From assembly GCA_964016885.1 (NCBI GenBank), contig OZ024753.1:45260001-45324000 (forward strand): a DNA stretch of 64,000 nucleotides, in the 5' to 3' direction. Made by a program: the position numbers and the translations under genes. Below the pieces are notes generated by a model. That model saw nothing but the letters and a program-made list of their open reading frames with translations. It did not search any database and was not told the DNA's origin. Position 1 is the first letter of the stretch; the number at the start of each line of letters is the position of its first letter. The DNA comes from Eledone cirrhosa (lineage: Eukaryota). Of this stretch, positions 15,013 through 28,402 are shown one piece after another.

Positions 15013-15089
15013 TCATCATCATCATCATCGTTTAACGTCCGCTCTTCCCTGATTGCAAGGGTGGGACTATATATATATATATCATCATT

Positions 15090-15390
15090 CATCATCATTT
15101 CATTTTACATCCGCTTTTTCCCTGCTTGCAAGGGTGGGACGGGAACTGATTCTGGCCTGATTTCTACAGCTGGATGCCCTTCCTAACACCAACCTCATTT
15201 ACAGTGAGTGCTGGGTGCTTTTTTGCCGTGGCACCTCCACGACCACTTTACAGTGGAATGATAGGGACACTGGAGCAATGTGAAATAAAGTGTCTTGCTC
15301 AAGGAAACAACACATCACCCGGTCTGAGAATTGAACTCACAACCTTTCGATTGCAAGGCCAATGCTCTAACCACTAAGCCATGTGCCTCC
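15090..15390 (-). mobile_element. Same tRNA/RTE-tail SINE
   Basis: Near-identical reverse complement of 6041-6372 with an internal deletion. Confidence 0.85.
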
Positions 15391-15394
15391 ATCC

Positions 15395-15441
<47 letters not shown>

Positions 15442-15526
15442 ATGTTGAAAAGGTAACACACCAGAGAGAGGTATATAGTGCGTTATTTACAGGGAATAGC
15501 GAGGGCTTATGCCTCCATTAATTTAT

Positions 15527-15585
<59 letters not shown>

Positions 15586-16173
15586 ATTCTTAATCTATAT
15601 TGAATTTTAAGAGATTCAATACTTTGAAAATGAGGCACACACACACCCATGCGTACACACATGGAATGTATTACATTTTTTTTTTTGTAAAATTTCAAAC
15701 TAAAGAAATTAAGGTGTAAATTATTTTCCATATGATCCCCTATAAATTAATATTGAGTACTACATAAATAATTAGTTAATTTGATAATTGTTTCTACTTT
15801 AGGCACAAGGCCAGCAATTACCCAGTGCATTACTGGTACTTTATTTTATCGACCCAGTAAGGATGAAAGGCAAAGTCAACCTCGGCGGGATTTAGTTAAT
15901 TTAGTTAATTAGTTAATTTGATAATGAGAGGAATTTACTAGAAATTTCTGTTAGAAACTTCTTTTTAGATCAAAGAAGATTTTCTAGGTTAAACTAGTTT
16001 TTAATAAAGTTTCAATTTACATGTGTGTATGTGTATATATGTGTATGTGTGTGTATGTGTATATATGTGTTTATATATGTGTATGTGTGTGTGTATGTAT
16101 GTGTATATATGTGTTTGTGTATATATATGTGTATATATATATATATGTGTGTGTATATATGTGTTTGTGTATA

Positions 16174-16204
<31 letters not shown>

Positions 16205-16455
16205 GTGTGTATGTGTATATATGTGTATGTGTGTGTGTATATATGTGTATATGTATATATGCATGATTTAAGCAGATATATGCACGTGTATATATATATA
16301 TATATGTGTGTATGTCGATATATATATGTATGTGTATATATATATATGTGTGTGTATGTCGATATATATATGTGTATATGTATATACAGATATAATTGCT
16401 GTGTGTGTATGTGTATATGTATATACATATGTGTATGTGTTATGCAGTTGTATGC

Positions 16456-16491
<36 letters not shown>

Positions 16492-17211
16492 TATGTGTGT
16501 GTGTATGTGTGTGTATGTGTGTGTATGTATGTGTGTATGTGTGTGTATGTGTGTGTGTGTGTACGTGTCTGTATCTCAATTTCATTCTAAGTCACATCAA
16601 AATCAATACAAAATCAATCAGAAAGTTGGAACAGTAAATTTTTCATGTATTGATCTTTAGGAAAGAAAACACATTCTTTATCTGCCATGTTGTTGTTGTT
16701 GTCATTGCTGCTGCTGCTGCTGCTATTGTTGTTGTCATTGCTGTTGTTGTTACTGTTGTTGTTGTTGTTATTACTGCTGTTGTTGTCATAGTTATCATTG
16801 TTGTTGTTACTGCTGTTACTCTTGTTGATTTTGTCAGTCTGTTGTTGTTGTTACCGTTGTTGTTGTTGGTGCTGCTGTTGTTGTTGTTGTAGGTGCTGCT
16901 GTTGTTGTTGTCCCCCCCCCCCTCCTCAGCCATGTTGTGGCTGTTGTTGTTGTTACCGTTGTTGTTGTTGTTATAGGTGCTGCTGTTGTTATTGTTGTCC
17001 CCCCCCCCTCTCAGCCATGTTGTGGCTGTTGTTGTTGTTATAGGTGCTGCTGTTGTTGTTGTTGTGTCCCCCCCTCTCAGCCATGTTGTGGCTGTTTTGA
17101 AGGAATTTATCTATTTTATTATTATTTAATTTTTATTTCATTCCTTTGAATATCTGTGAAGTTTACCTTTGGTTGAAGGTATGTGTCTGTCTGTCTGTCT
17201 GTCTGTCTGTG

Positions 17212-17264
<53 letters not shown>

Positions 17265-17363
17265 GCCTGTCTGTCTGTCTGGATGTCTGTCTGTCTGGAT
17301 GTCTGTCTGTCTGGATGTCTGTCTGTATGTATGGATGGAAGGATGTATAGATGTCTGTCTGTG

Positions 17364-17406
<43 letters not shown>

Positions 17407-18326
17407 ATGGATGGATGGATGGAAGGAGGGATGGAAGGAGGGATGGAAGGAGGGATGGAAGGAGGGATGGAAGGAGGGATGGAAGGAGGGATGGAAGGAG
17501 GGATGGAATCTGATACAGGCTGGAAAGAGAAAAACATTTCTGGAAAGGAAGAAAGTAGGTAAGGTTTGGTTTCCTATAATAGTAGCATGGGAGGGTTTGT
17601 CTGTGAGGGTGGGGGAGAAGGGAGAGAGAGAAGGGAGAGAGAGAAGGGAGAGATATAGACAGAGAGAGAGGGTGGATAGACAGAGAGGGGGGGAGATGGA
17701 TAGAGAGAGAGACAGAGAAAGAGAGGGAGAGTGCTTGAGAAATACTCAAATGTGAAATGACAGCTACCTTAACTCCCTACCTGTCTGAATGTCTCACAGA
17801 AAGACAGACAGACAGACAGAGAGACAGACAGACAGAGAGACAGACAGACAGACAGAGAGACTGACAGACTGACGGATTGATTGATGAATGCTGAGAGTGA
17901 CTAGATAGATCCATCACAGGTAACTGTCTTCAATGGTGTATCAGAACTGTTGTTAAGGGAAAAAACACAATACCCATATCCCTATATTGTTTACAGAACC
18001 TCTCAGACTGCTGGAAGTGAGGAAAGGAGGAAGGTATCTCCAGACAGGAAACCTGTCCTAAATGTTGGCAACAGACTGGATTCCCTAAAAACACCTAAAG
18101 GCCAGGTGTTTATATTAAACAGATTGGTTCATTGAAAACACAAGTTTTTCTCAAAAATTATCTTTTTCCTTCCATCCTTTTCTCTATCTTTCTCACTCTA
18201 TCTTCTGATGAAGGACTAGTTTCTGAAACATCAAGTCTTTTTCCTACAATATCAAGTATTAAATAATATATTTCTTCATTGTTTTGTGTCAGTTGCTTTT
18301 TTTTTATTTCTATTTACTTTTTACAT

Positions 18327-18371
<45 letters not shown>

Positions 18372-19247
18372 AATAGATAGATTACAAATGCACGAAATAG
18401 ATTGGCTACTATAATGGCTCCATACGTGTATTTCAGACATGTAGACCACTTAGGGAACATCACACCCATCATTTGTTTTTGTTTTGAATCACTTCCATTT
18501 CACATTTGAAAAGAGGGTGTTTGCCCTGAAATATACTGGGTAAAACATTACTTTGTTTTATTGGTCATCCTGAGCCCTTTATACGACTGCATTGTAACTC
18601 TGCAGTTTAGATATAACCCATTGGCTCTAATCCTTCATGTCTCCACCAATAACTTCAGATTCCATATATTATGTTAAATGTAACATAATACCCTAACTAT
18701 CAACTCTAACAATGGACCACCATCTTATAAAATTCCTCGTTTTATTGACAGAACATCTTCAATTTATCAGTCTTCTTCTTTTTATAAAATTACAGAAACA
18801 AGTTGATTAGATACAAAAAGTTTTGTTGTTATTTTTGAAATGTTTTTCCCAATCTTAGATAAGCATATTGTTTACTAATTGTTCCTGCAGTTGTTGTTGC
18901 TGTCAATATTTTGGCTTGATTTTTTTTATATATAGTTTTTTATATAATAAAGAAATTTACAAAATAAATTGTCAACCCACACATTTTACTGAATAAAAAA
19001 CTTTGTGTACTCAGTCAATGTATAATGTTAGTATAAATAAATAAATAAATAACAGACCTCCAGGTGGGTTGGGGGAGGCCAACATATGATCCCACATACT
19101 ATCAAGTGTATTTTTATTGCAGGTTCATCATGTCTATGTCACAACTGTCTTATCAACACTTTGTCTTGGCAGCTTTTCTACAGCTGGATACCCTTCTTAT
19201 CAACAAACACGTTACAGGATGTATTGGGTGTATTTATACCTCACCAA

Positions 19248-19355
<108 letters not shown>

Positions 19356-19456
19356 TTATATATATATGAACAGACCTGAAGAATTCTTTTTCATTTCTTC
19401 CCCCAGCTCATTCTCCTCTATTTTCTATTTTTTTTTTTCTTTAATTACTCATTCTA

Positions 19457-19493
19457 TTTTCTGATGAAGGATTAGTGTCTGAAACGTTGAGAC
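19457..19493 (+). ncRNA. Minimal type I hammerhead ribozyme motif (family A)
   Basis: TTTT-CTGATGA-a-GGAT tagt GTCT-GAAAC-GTT-GAGA; stems I and II pair with G-U wobbles; palindromic ACGT stem III. Confidence 0.55.
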
Positions 19494-19772
19494 TTTTCTT
19501 ACTATATTAAGCACGAAACTAATACATATCTTCATTGTCTTGTGTGTTTTTTCCATCTACTTTTCACACACACACATATGTATATGTGTATTTATATAGA
19601 TATATAATAATTTGTCAACAACACATTCTTTAAATAAAATAATGTGCACATTTAATATTTAGTATTAATTCGAGTCAGAATGATAACATAAAAATCAATA
19701 AATAATTTACAACACATATGATAAGATGTTGAACTAAAATGTCTGGTTTCTGTAATCTTGGAATATTCTTAC

Positions 19773-19792
19773 CTTGACATTTTACAGAGATT
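19773..19792 (-). CDS. Candidate orphan gene exon 2
   Basis: ttgttctag|AATCTCTGTAAAATGTCAAG|gtaaga; in phase gives RISVKC-Q, completing the signal peptide. Confidence 0.45.
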
Positions 19793-19937
19793 CTAGAACA
19801 ATGTCAAAGAATTTGTGTCAATTATTGCAGTATAGAAATTAGTTTAATCATAATTTTATAAGTCTTAATATTACATCTAGGTGACAAGTTGAGGTTGAAG
19901 GATTGGTAGAATTATGAGAACAATGGAGCACAAACAG

Positions 19938-20590
19938 CTTTGTGCCATTTACCATTTATAGTCAAATATAAGCCAACCTCCACCTTCTATTTTATTTCTT
20001 TGTGCCATTTACCATTTATAGTCAAATATAAGCCGACCTTCACCTTCTATTTCATTTCTTTGTGCCATTTACCATTTATAGTCAAATATAAGCTGACCTT
20101 CACCTTCTATTTTATTTCTTTGTGCCATTTACCATTTATAGTCAAATATAAGCCGACCTTCACCTTCTATTTTATTTCTTTGTGCCATTTACCATTTATA
20201 GTCAAATATAAGCTGACCTTCACCTTCTATTTTATTTCTTTGTGCCATTTACCATTTATAGTCAAATATAAGCCGACCTTCACCTTCTATTTTATTTCTT
20301 TGTGCCATTTACCATTTATAGTCAAATATAAGCTGACCTTCACCTTCTATTTTATTTCTTTGTGCCATTTACCATTTATAGTCAAATATAAGCCGACCTT
20401 CACCTTCTATTTTATTTCTTTGTGCCATTTACCATTTATAGTCAAATATAAGCTGACCTTCACCTTCTATTTTATTTCTTTGTGCCATTTACCATTTATA
20501 GTCAAATATAAGCCGACCTTCACCTTCTATTTCATTTCTTTGTGCCATTTACCATTTATAGTCAAATATAAGCTGACCTCCACCTTCTAT
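19938..20590. repeat. 60-bp minisatellite (about 11 copies)
   Basis: Unit tgtgccatttaccatttatagtcaaatataagc(c/t)gaccttcaccttctattttatttctt. Confidence 0.95.
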
Positions 20591-21023
20591 CTTATGTCTA
20601 AAAAATGTGCAAAAATCCAAACTCTGTTTATAAGCAGGGACAGCTATCAACACATGTTTAGATGGGGAATATAAGCTGGCTCCTCCCCACCATTTTACCA
20701 TTGATTTCTATTTTGGTCACATATTCCTCGGCTTATATTTGAGTATATACGGTAGTTACAGCTCTTTATATTCTGTGTTCAAATCCTTCCGAAGTCAACT
20801 TTGCCTTTCATCCTTCTAGGGCTGATTAACCAACCAAGTACTGGGGTTGATATAATAAAATAACAAGGGCTTTTGTTCAACATACTAACAATTCTGTCAG
20901 TTTAGCACCTTAGATGGAATATTGAATTCCGGTTTAGGTACAAGACCAGCAAATCTCTTTCTCTCTATATATATATAGGAATAAGTATGACCCCGACGGC
21001 AGAGCTCAAGCCGTTTCGACGGC

Positions 21024-21056
<33 letters not shown>

Positions 21057-21067
21057 ATATATATATA

Positions 21068-21119
<52 letters not shown>

Positions 21120-21378
21120 ACCCACACTGTAAATGTGGTTGGTGTTAGGAAGGGCATCCTGCTGTAGAAAACCCGCCAGACAGTCCTATGCGAGCAAGAT
21201 AATCACTCTTGCCTCAAGTGGGAAAACTCCTGTCCAAACCCATGCAAGCGTGGAACACGGACGTTAAACGTTGATGATGATTGTATTCCGATGATTTGAT
21301 CAGAGATGCACGCTGTATTTAAGGGGTCAAGTGATGCAACTTCCAGTGATTAGTGGCCTTTAGACTCACCTGACTCAC

Positions 21379-21437
21379 CTGGTCAATGAAACAATTGTTA
21401 ATATTGTAAATAAAACCCTTTTTGTAGAGCCGACCAT
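21379..21437 (-). CDS. Candidate first coding exon of an orphan secreted peptide gene
   Basis: aacATGG context; MVGSTKRVLFTILTIVSLT (basic n-region + hydrophobic core); CAG|gtgagt donor. Confidence 0.5.
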
Positions 21438-22278
21438 GTTATTCTTCACTCTTTCACTATTATATATATACAGAGAGAGAGAGAGATAGAGTGAGATAGA
21501 TATATACAGAGAGAGAGAGATAGAGTGAGATAGATAGATAGATATATATACACAGAGAGAGAGAGTGAGAGAGAGTCTGTGGTGCTGAGACAGGGAAGAC
21601 CACCAATCATGGGAGTAGTGAATGCATGGGAAGATGTAAAGTGGGTATAGAAAGAGGCATGAAATCAACTGTGATGCCATGGTCAAGTTCACACCTCTCT
21701 CTCCCTCCCTCTCTTTCTCTCTCTATATATACACACACACACACACACATATACACTATAGTACACACACTAAACTCTAGTAGACTTTACTCTACAATGT
21801 CATAAAATACAGTGATTAAATTAGACTGCAGTACCAATTTTTGAGTGATTGGAAGTGATCAAAAGTTGGATCAACTGACATTATTTTCTCAGTTAATCCA
21901 ATAATTATTCATTATAAACACTGATTAGTTTACAAGTCAATTCTAATTATTATTTCTAATACATTCCTTAATCTCTCTAAACCTTAATCCTCTTATAAAA
22001 ACAAGTTGAAGAAGAAGAGGAAGAAGTAGGAAAATATTAAAACCCTTCTACTGTCTAAGAATATTTAGTAAGCTGTCGAGCACCATTAGAAAGTTTTGTG
22101 TATATAAATTATATAGAAGTTCAGGTTTTTTCTTAATATTGGTTGCCAGATGAAGGGGGCCCACCTACATATAGAATGCTATCATTTAATTTTTATAATG
22201 AATAAATAACATTTTCAAAAAATACATAAGTGGAAACAAAACAGTGCAATCAAATTTTTACGGAATAATATCTTACCA

Positions 22279-22740
22279 AGAGACTTTCAATAATGACCAG
22301 AAGTCGACCTTAAATATTACTAATAGCTCCAGGAAAGCTATGTACGACACCATATCTTTTTAACTTTGATTTTGAAAGTAGGTTTATAATTATTAATTTT
22401 CATTTTACTTTTGTAGCTGTCTCGGTAGCAGAGACGGTGGTGACCCTGGTCTGAAGTTCAATCCTGGTTGGGAGTAGGGTTCCTGGTAAACTTTTTCTGT
22501 TTTTTTCTATTGGTTGTAAAATAAAAATTGAAAAAGGTTACATGTACCTCTTGACCAGGATTGAACCCAAGACCAGGATCTCCACCGTCTCTAGTACCTA
22601 CCGCTAGGCCACAGAGACAACTGTAAAAATCTTATGAAAATTCATACTTAGAAACCTACTTTCAAAATTTTCAAAACAAAATGTTGTGGTGTCACTCATG
22701 TCTTTCTTAATCTTATTGCTCCTACTTAAGGTCGACTTCT
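22279..22740. repeat. Old degenerate inverted repeat with a tRNA-like B box in each arm
   Basis: agaagtcgaccttaa...ttaaggtcgacttct ends; internal tttgaaagtaggttt/aaacctactttcaaa and agagacggtgg..gttcaatcctggt / accaggattgaac..ccaccgtctct. Confidence 0.7.
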
Positions 22741-23017
22741 AAGCTTTAGATTTAGTAGAATGTACAACCATAGATTCCAGCTATTTGCACTATCATATAT
22801 TTTGGTTTCTAGTAACTCCCTGGGGAATTGGTTGACCAAATGCTTTGCTTAATTGTTTTATTTTATTTTATTTTATTTTATTCTGTCTCTTAGATTTCAG
22901 GTATTTTTTGAAAGCAAAGTATGGGCCCCTAAAATACTACAGTGGGCCCTGCAATGCTACTGTGGGTCCCTTGGGGCCCACTTGCCATTGGGCAAGCTGG
23001 CAACCTGGCCAGTCCGC

Positions 23018-23057
<40 letters not shown>

Positions 23058-23190
23058 CGAAGGAGTTGTGGTAAGAACCAGATGGACCATAACGCACCAG
23101 AGTACTCAATACTTAGGGTAGTAGAGTGGGTAATAGGAGAAAATATGACCCATACTTTCTCCTATATATGTATATATTTATATAATATAT

Positions 23191-23293
23191 ATAGGGTGTT
23201 ACAAAAATGTATACACACTTTGATTACCTGTACATGCAATATGCATTAGAATGCTGTTGAAGTGTGTATACATTTTTGGGGGACACCCTGTAT
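23191..23293. mobile_element. Tc1/mariner-type MITE (about 100 bp)
   Basis: TIRs ta(c)agggtgt..aaaaatgtatacacact / agtgtgtatacattttt..acaccctgta; copies at 24959-25045 and 51652-51755. Confidence 0.7.
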
Positions 23294-23649
23294 ATATATG
23301 TACATACACACATACACACACACACAAATGTTTGCATGTTTCTCTGTGTGTATGTACCTGTATGTATACATATATGTATACATGCATGTATGTATGTACC
23401 TGTATGTGTACATATATGCATGCCTGTATGTATGTACATGTATGTATGTATGTACATGTATGTATACATATATGAATGTATGTATGCACATATATATCCC
23501 TATATCTATATATATATAGGGGATATATATATATAGGGGATATATATGTATATATATATATATATACTGCTAGGTGAGTGTATAACTATATATTTGGGTG
23601 TTCCTATGCAAATACAATCAGAAACAGTCACTACCAAAACAACAAAGTA

Positions 23650-23690
<41 letters not shown>

Positions 23691-23691
23691 T

Positions 23692-23722
<31 letters not shown>

Positions 23723-24371
23723 TATTTTACTAATTGTTTAATGTAGGCAGGGGGAATGTTTAATCAGTGTATTTAATCATATATAGTTGAGTGTGTGTAT
23801 ATATTGGAGGAGGACTGAAATGGAATGTTTAGAATGTATATATACATATGTATATATACATATATATATATAAATAAATATATATATAGTGAAGAAAAAG
23901 GTTACAGTGACTTCGAAGTCATTGCCCCCTTTCTGTGTGTGTATGAGTGTGTGTGTGTGTGTATGTGTGTGTGTGTGTGTGTGTGAAGGAATATGGCTTA
24001 GTTGTTAGAGTGTTCAGCCTGCAATGATGCCGTTGTGAGTTCGATTCTTGAGCAAGACACTTTATTCCACGTTGCTCCAGTTCACTCAGTTATTGAAATG
24101 AGTTGAGACATCACTGGTGTCAGCTGTCTCCCTCAACCCTTTCCTGTGGACAACATGGGGGGGGGGGGTCTGGTATGTATGGGTGACTGCTGCTCTTCCA
24201 CAAAGCAGCCTTGCCCAAACTTGCACCTGAGAGGGGAGATTTCTGGGTGCAGAACCCAGGGTCATTTGTGGCTAGGTACATTTTATTGTGGTTGTCATGG
24301 TGTTTCCTTGACTCTCTTGGTCTTCTCTACCTTGTCTTGTTATCATTTAATCGTTAAACACTTAATAGAGT

Positions 24372-24402
<31 letters not shown>

Positions 24403-24460
24403 CACACACACTCACACACACACACATATATATATATACATGTATATAGAACAATTTATA

Positions 24461-24501
<41 letters not shown>

Positions 24502-25196
24502 GTATATAGAACAATTTATATACATATATACACACACACACACACACACAAATATATATATGTATATAGAACAATTTATATACATATATACACACACACA
24601 CCCACACACACACACACACACAAATATATACCTTGCAAGCAGTGAAAAGCGGACGTAAAATGATGATGATGATGATGATATATATGTATATACAACAATT
24701 TATATACATATATATATATATAAACACACACAGACCACAAAAATATATATAATTATATATGTATATACAATAATTTATATACATATATATATACACACAC
24801 AGATGCACAAATATATATATAATTATATATATATGTATATACAACAATTTATGTACATACATATATATATATACAGACACAAATATATATATATAATTAT
24901 ATATGTATATACACACATTTATATACATATATATATATATATACACACTCACATACACACAGGGTGTCCCCCAAAAATGTATACACACTTCAACAGCATC
25001 CTAATAAATATTGCCTGTACAGGTAATCAAAGTGTGTATATACATATATACATATATATGTATATATATATATACATATATATGTATATATATATATATA
25101 CATATATATGTATATATATATATGTATATACATATATATGTATGGTTGGCCACGAGTACAAACTTTTTCAACTTTTGCTAGCATAGCTTAAAAAAG

Positions 25197-25274
<78 letters not shown>

Positions 25275-25341
25275 TATATATATAATATATATATATATAT
25301 AATATATATATATATATAATATATATATATATATAATATAT

Positions 25342-25408
<67 letters not shown>

Positions 25409-25485
25409 TATATATATAATATATATATATAATATATATATATAATATATATATATATAATATATATATAATATATATATATAAT

Positions 25486-25532
<47 letters not shown>

Positions 25533-25573
25533 TATATATATATAATATATATATATAATATATATATATATAT

Positions 25574-25616
<43 letters not shown>
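25197..25616. repeat. Long interrupted (TA)n microsatellite, representative of dozens in the window
   Basis: About 420 bp of A/T only. Confidence 0.95.
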
Positions 25617-25619
<3 letters not shown>

Positions 25620-25725
25620 AGGTGAAACTCCAGAGTAACAAGACTCACTATTAAACCTTAATAAAATGAATATTTAAACTCTACTTCAGTATTGAGTACT
25701 CTTTTCTCTCAGGTGTCAACCACAT

Positions 25726-25792
<67 letters not shown>

Positions 25793-25827
25793 CATATATA
25801 TATATATATATATAGTAATAATAATAT

Positions 25828-25878
25828 AGTTTCTGAAGATCCTGTTAAGGGTGAAAGCAGCGATTCTTTGCTTAAACT
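25828..25878 (+). ncRNA. Type I hammerhead motif (family B)
   Basis: AGTTT-CTGAAGA-tCCT gttaa GGGt-GAAA-GCA gcgattctt TGC-TT-AAACT; core-mutated copy at 1822-1872(-). Confidence 0.6.
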
Positions 25879-25942
25879 TTAATCTGTTATTTTAATAAAT
25901 ATATATATATATATATATATATATGGGGGGTATATAGAAATG

Positions 25943-25991
25943 GCTTCTACAGGACTAGAACTGTTTCATTCGAGAGAAATCACCAGGAAGC
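25943..25991 (-). ncRNA. Type I hammerhead motif (family C), core A>G mutation
   Basis: GCTTC-CTGGTGA-tTTC tctc GAAt-GAAA-CAG ttctagtc CTG-TA-GAAGC. Confidence 0.55.
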
Positions 25992-26178
25992 CCTGGTTAA
26001 GAGGGGTACAGTAAGTGCTAAAATATAAGTTTATCCCAGATTCAATCAGGGGTAACCACAGTAAATATTTATACTCTGCTCTGTATTGAGTACTTTACTG
26101 TGGTTACCTTTAATTGAACCTCGGATAAACTTATATGGCCTCACCTGGATGGCTGGAACAGGTAAAAGAGTAAAAGAG

Positions 26179-26268
<90 letters not shown>

Positions 26269-26374
26269 CCTATATATATTATATATATATATATATAACG
26301 AAAGAAATGTGGTAAGGAACCAGGTGGACCATAACGCACCAAAATACTCAATACTTAGGGTAGTAGAGTGGGTA

Positions 26375-26499
26375 ATAGGAACGAGTAGGACCCCGACGGC
26401 TGAGCTCAAGCCGTTTCGACGGCTAATTCTGGACAAAACTGAGTCCAGAATTAGCCGTCGAAACGGCTTGAGCTCAGCCATCGGGGTCCTACTCGTTCC

Positions 26500-26502
<3 letters not shown>
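26375..26502. repeat. 60-bp inverted repeat of a hammerhead 3' half
   Basis: Arms 26375-26434 / 26443-26502, 8-nt spacer, 1 mismatch. Confidence 0.9.
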
Positions 26503-26553
<51 letters not shown>

Positions 26554-27759
26554 TATATGAATGTGTGTGAACGTGTGTGTATAGCTACTAGATTGAAATA
26601 AATGGTGGGTTTAGAATGACCAGCTAAAAGACCCGTGAATGGATACTTGTAGCAAATGAAATGATTAAGACCAGGTAAAATTATATACAGAAAAAATACA
26701 AAAATAAAAGACAACACAAGAATAGATGGAATAATTGTTTCTACTTTTGGCACAAGGCCAACAATTATACCAGTGTATTACTGGTACTTTATTTTATCGA
26801 CCCAGTATAGATAGAATAATATTTTATAATAAGAAAATATAAGAAAGAGAGTCCTTACAGAACTTACCTTTACACAGGTAAATATATAAACCATGGATGT
26901 ATCATATTAGTTCTCTTCATTAATTAATAATCAAATATCAGGTGCTAGGGACTGTAATGTTTACAGCTAGCTTAGAAAACTATTAATTACTAGCTTAGCT
27001 GATGAGCTTCACTTTTGATTTAACACACACAGTACACGTACATATATAAATGTATATATATGTATGTATGTATATGTATGTATGTACACACACATACACA
27101 CATACATATACAGGTGTGTGTGTATATATCTGTGTATATATATGTGTGTATATTGTATACTGCTAGATTATTTATGTAAATATCATATGCCTGTATTTAC
27201 ATAGAGGAAGAGAAAGGGAGAGAGTGTGAGGGAGAGAAAGAGAGAGTGTGTTAAAAGTACGCAGAGATTAATGTGTGTGTATATATATATGTGTGTATGT
27301 GTGTATGTGTGTATGAGTGTGCGTGTACACTCATAAAAGGCTAAGCATATACACAAACAGTTACATTAATGTGTATATATACATATATATATATATACAC
27401 ACAGGCAGATTGATGTGTTGTATATATATATATATACACACACACCAGTGTGTTAAAGTGTTGTATATACACACCAGTGTGTTAATAAATATACAGAAAG
27501 GCAAAAGTGCAGAGAGGTGGTTATTAGGTCATACTATTGTTATAGAAACTACCATACTATAGACACTAGTACTATTAACATACACACTAATACATATAGA
27601 TACACACACACACACAGCACAACACTTATACATAGTAATACATATAGGTACACACACACACACCACAACACACATACATAGTAATACATATAGGTACACA
27701 CACACACACCACAACACACATACATAGTAATATATATATCTACACATACACCACATATC

Positions 27760-28402
27760 CTTCTCTCTCCTCCCAGCTGTCACACCCTGGATATGTCTTC
27801 CCCTGGATCTAACCATCCCATCCCTGGTGCAGCCCTTTCTCTCCTCCCAGCTGTCACATCCTGGATATGTCTTCCCCTGGATCTAACCATCCCATCCCTG
27901 GTGCAGCCCTTTCTCTCCTCCCAGCTGTCACATCCTGGATATGTCTTCCCCTGGATCAAACCATCCCAGCCCTGGTGCAGCCCTTTCTCTCCTCCCAGCT
28001 GTCACATCCTGGATATGTCTTCCCCTGGATCTAACCATCCCATCCCTGGTGCAGCCCTTTCTCTCCTCCCAGCTGTCACATCCTGGATGTGTCTTCCCCT
28101 GGATCTAACCATCCCAGCCCTGGTGCAGCCCTTTCTCTCCTCCCAGCTGTCACATCCTGGATTTGTCTTCCCCTGGATCAAACCATCCCAGCCCTGGTGC
28201 AGCCCTTTCTCTCCTCCCAGCTGTCACATCCTGGATTTGTCTTCCCCTGGATCTAACCATCCCATCCCTGGTGCAGCCCTTTCTCTCCTCCCAGCTGTCA
28301 CATCCTGGATATGTCTTCCCCTGGATCTAACCATCCCATCCCTGGTGCACCCCTTTCTCTCCTCCCAACTATTCATCTTGGATATGTCTTCCCCTGGATC
28401 AA
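27760..28402. repeat. 74-bp GC-rich minisatellite (about 8.5 copies)
   Basis: Unit atatgtcttcccctggatctaaccatcccatccctggtgcagccctttctctcctcccagctgtcacatcctgg. Confidence 0.95.

Noticed and set aside
17950-18135. 61-aa non-repetitive ORF and a possible minus exon
   Set aside because: No recognisable motif; weak splice sites on either strand.
19940-20674. 244-aa repetitive ORF
   Set aside because: Arises from a stop-free 60-bp tandem repeat, has a TTG start and no exon signals.
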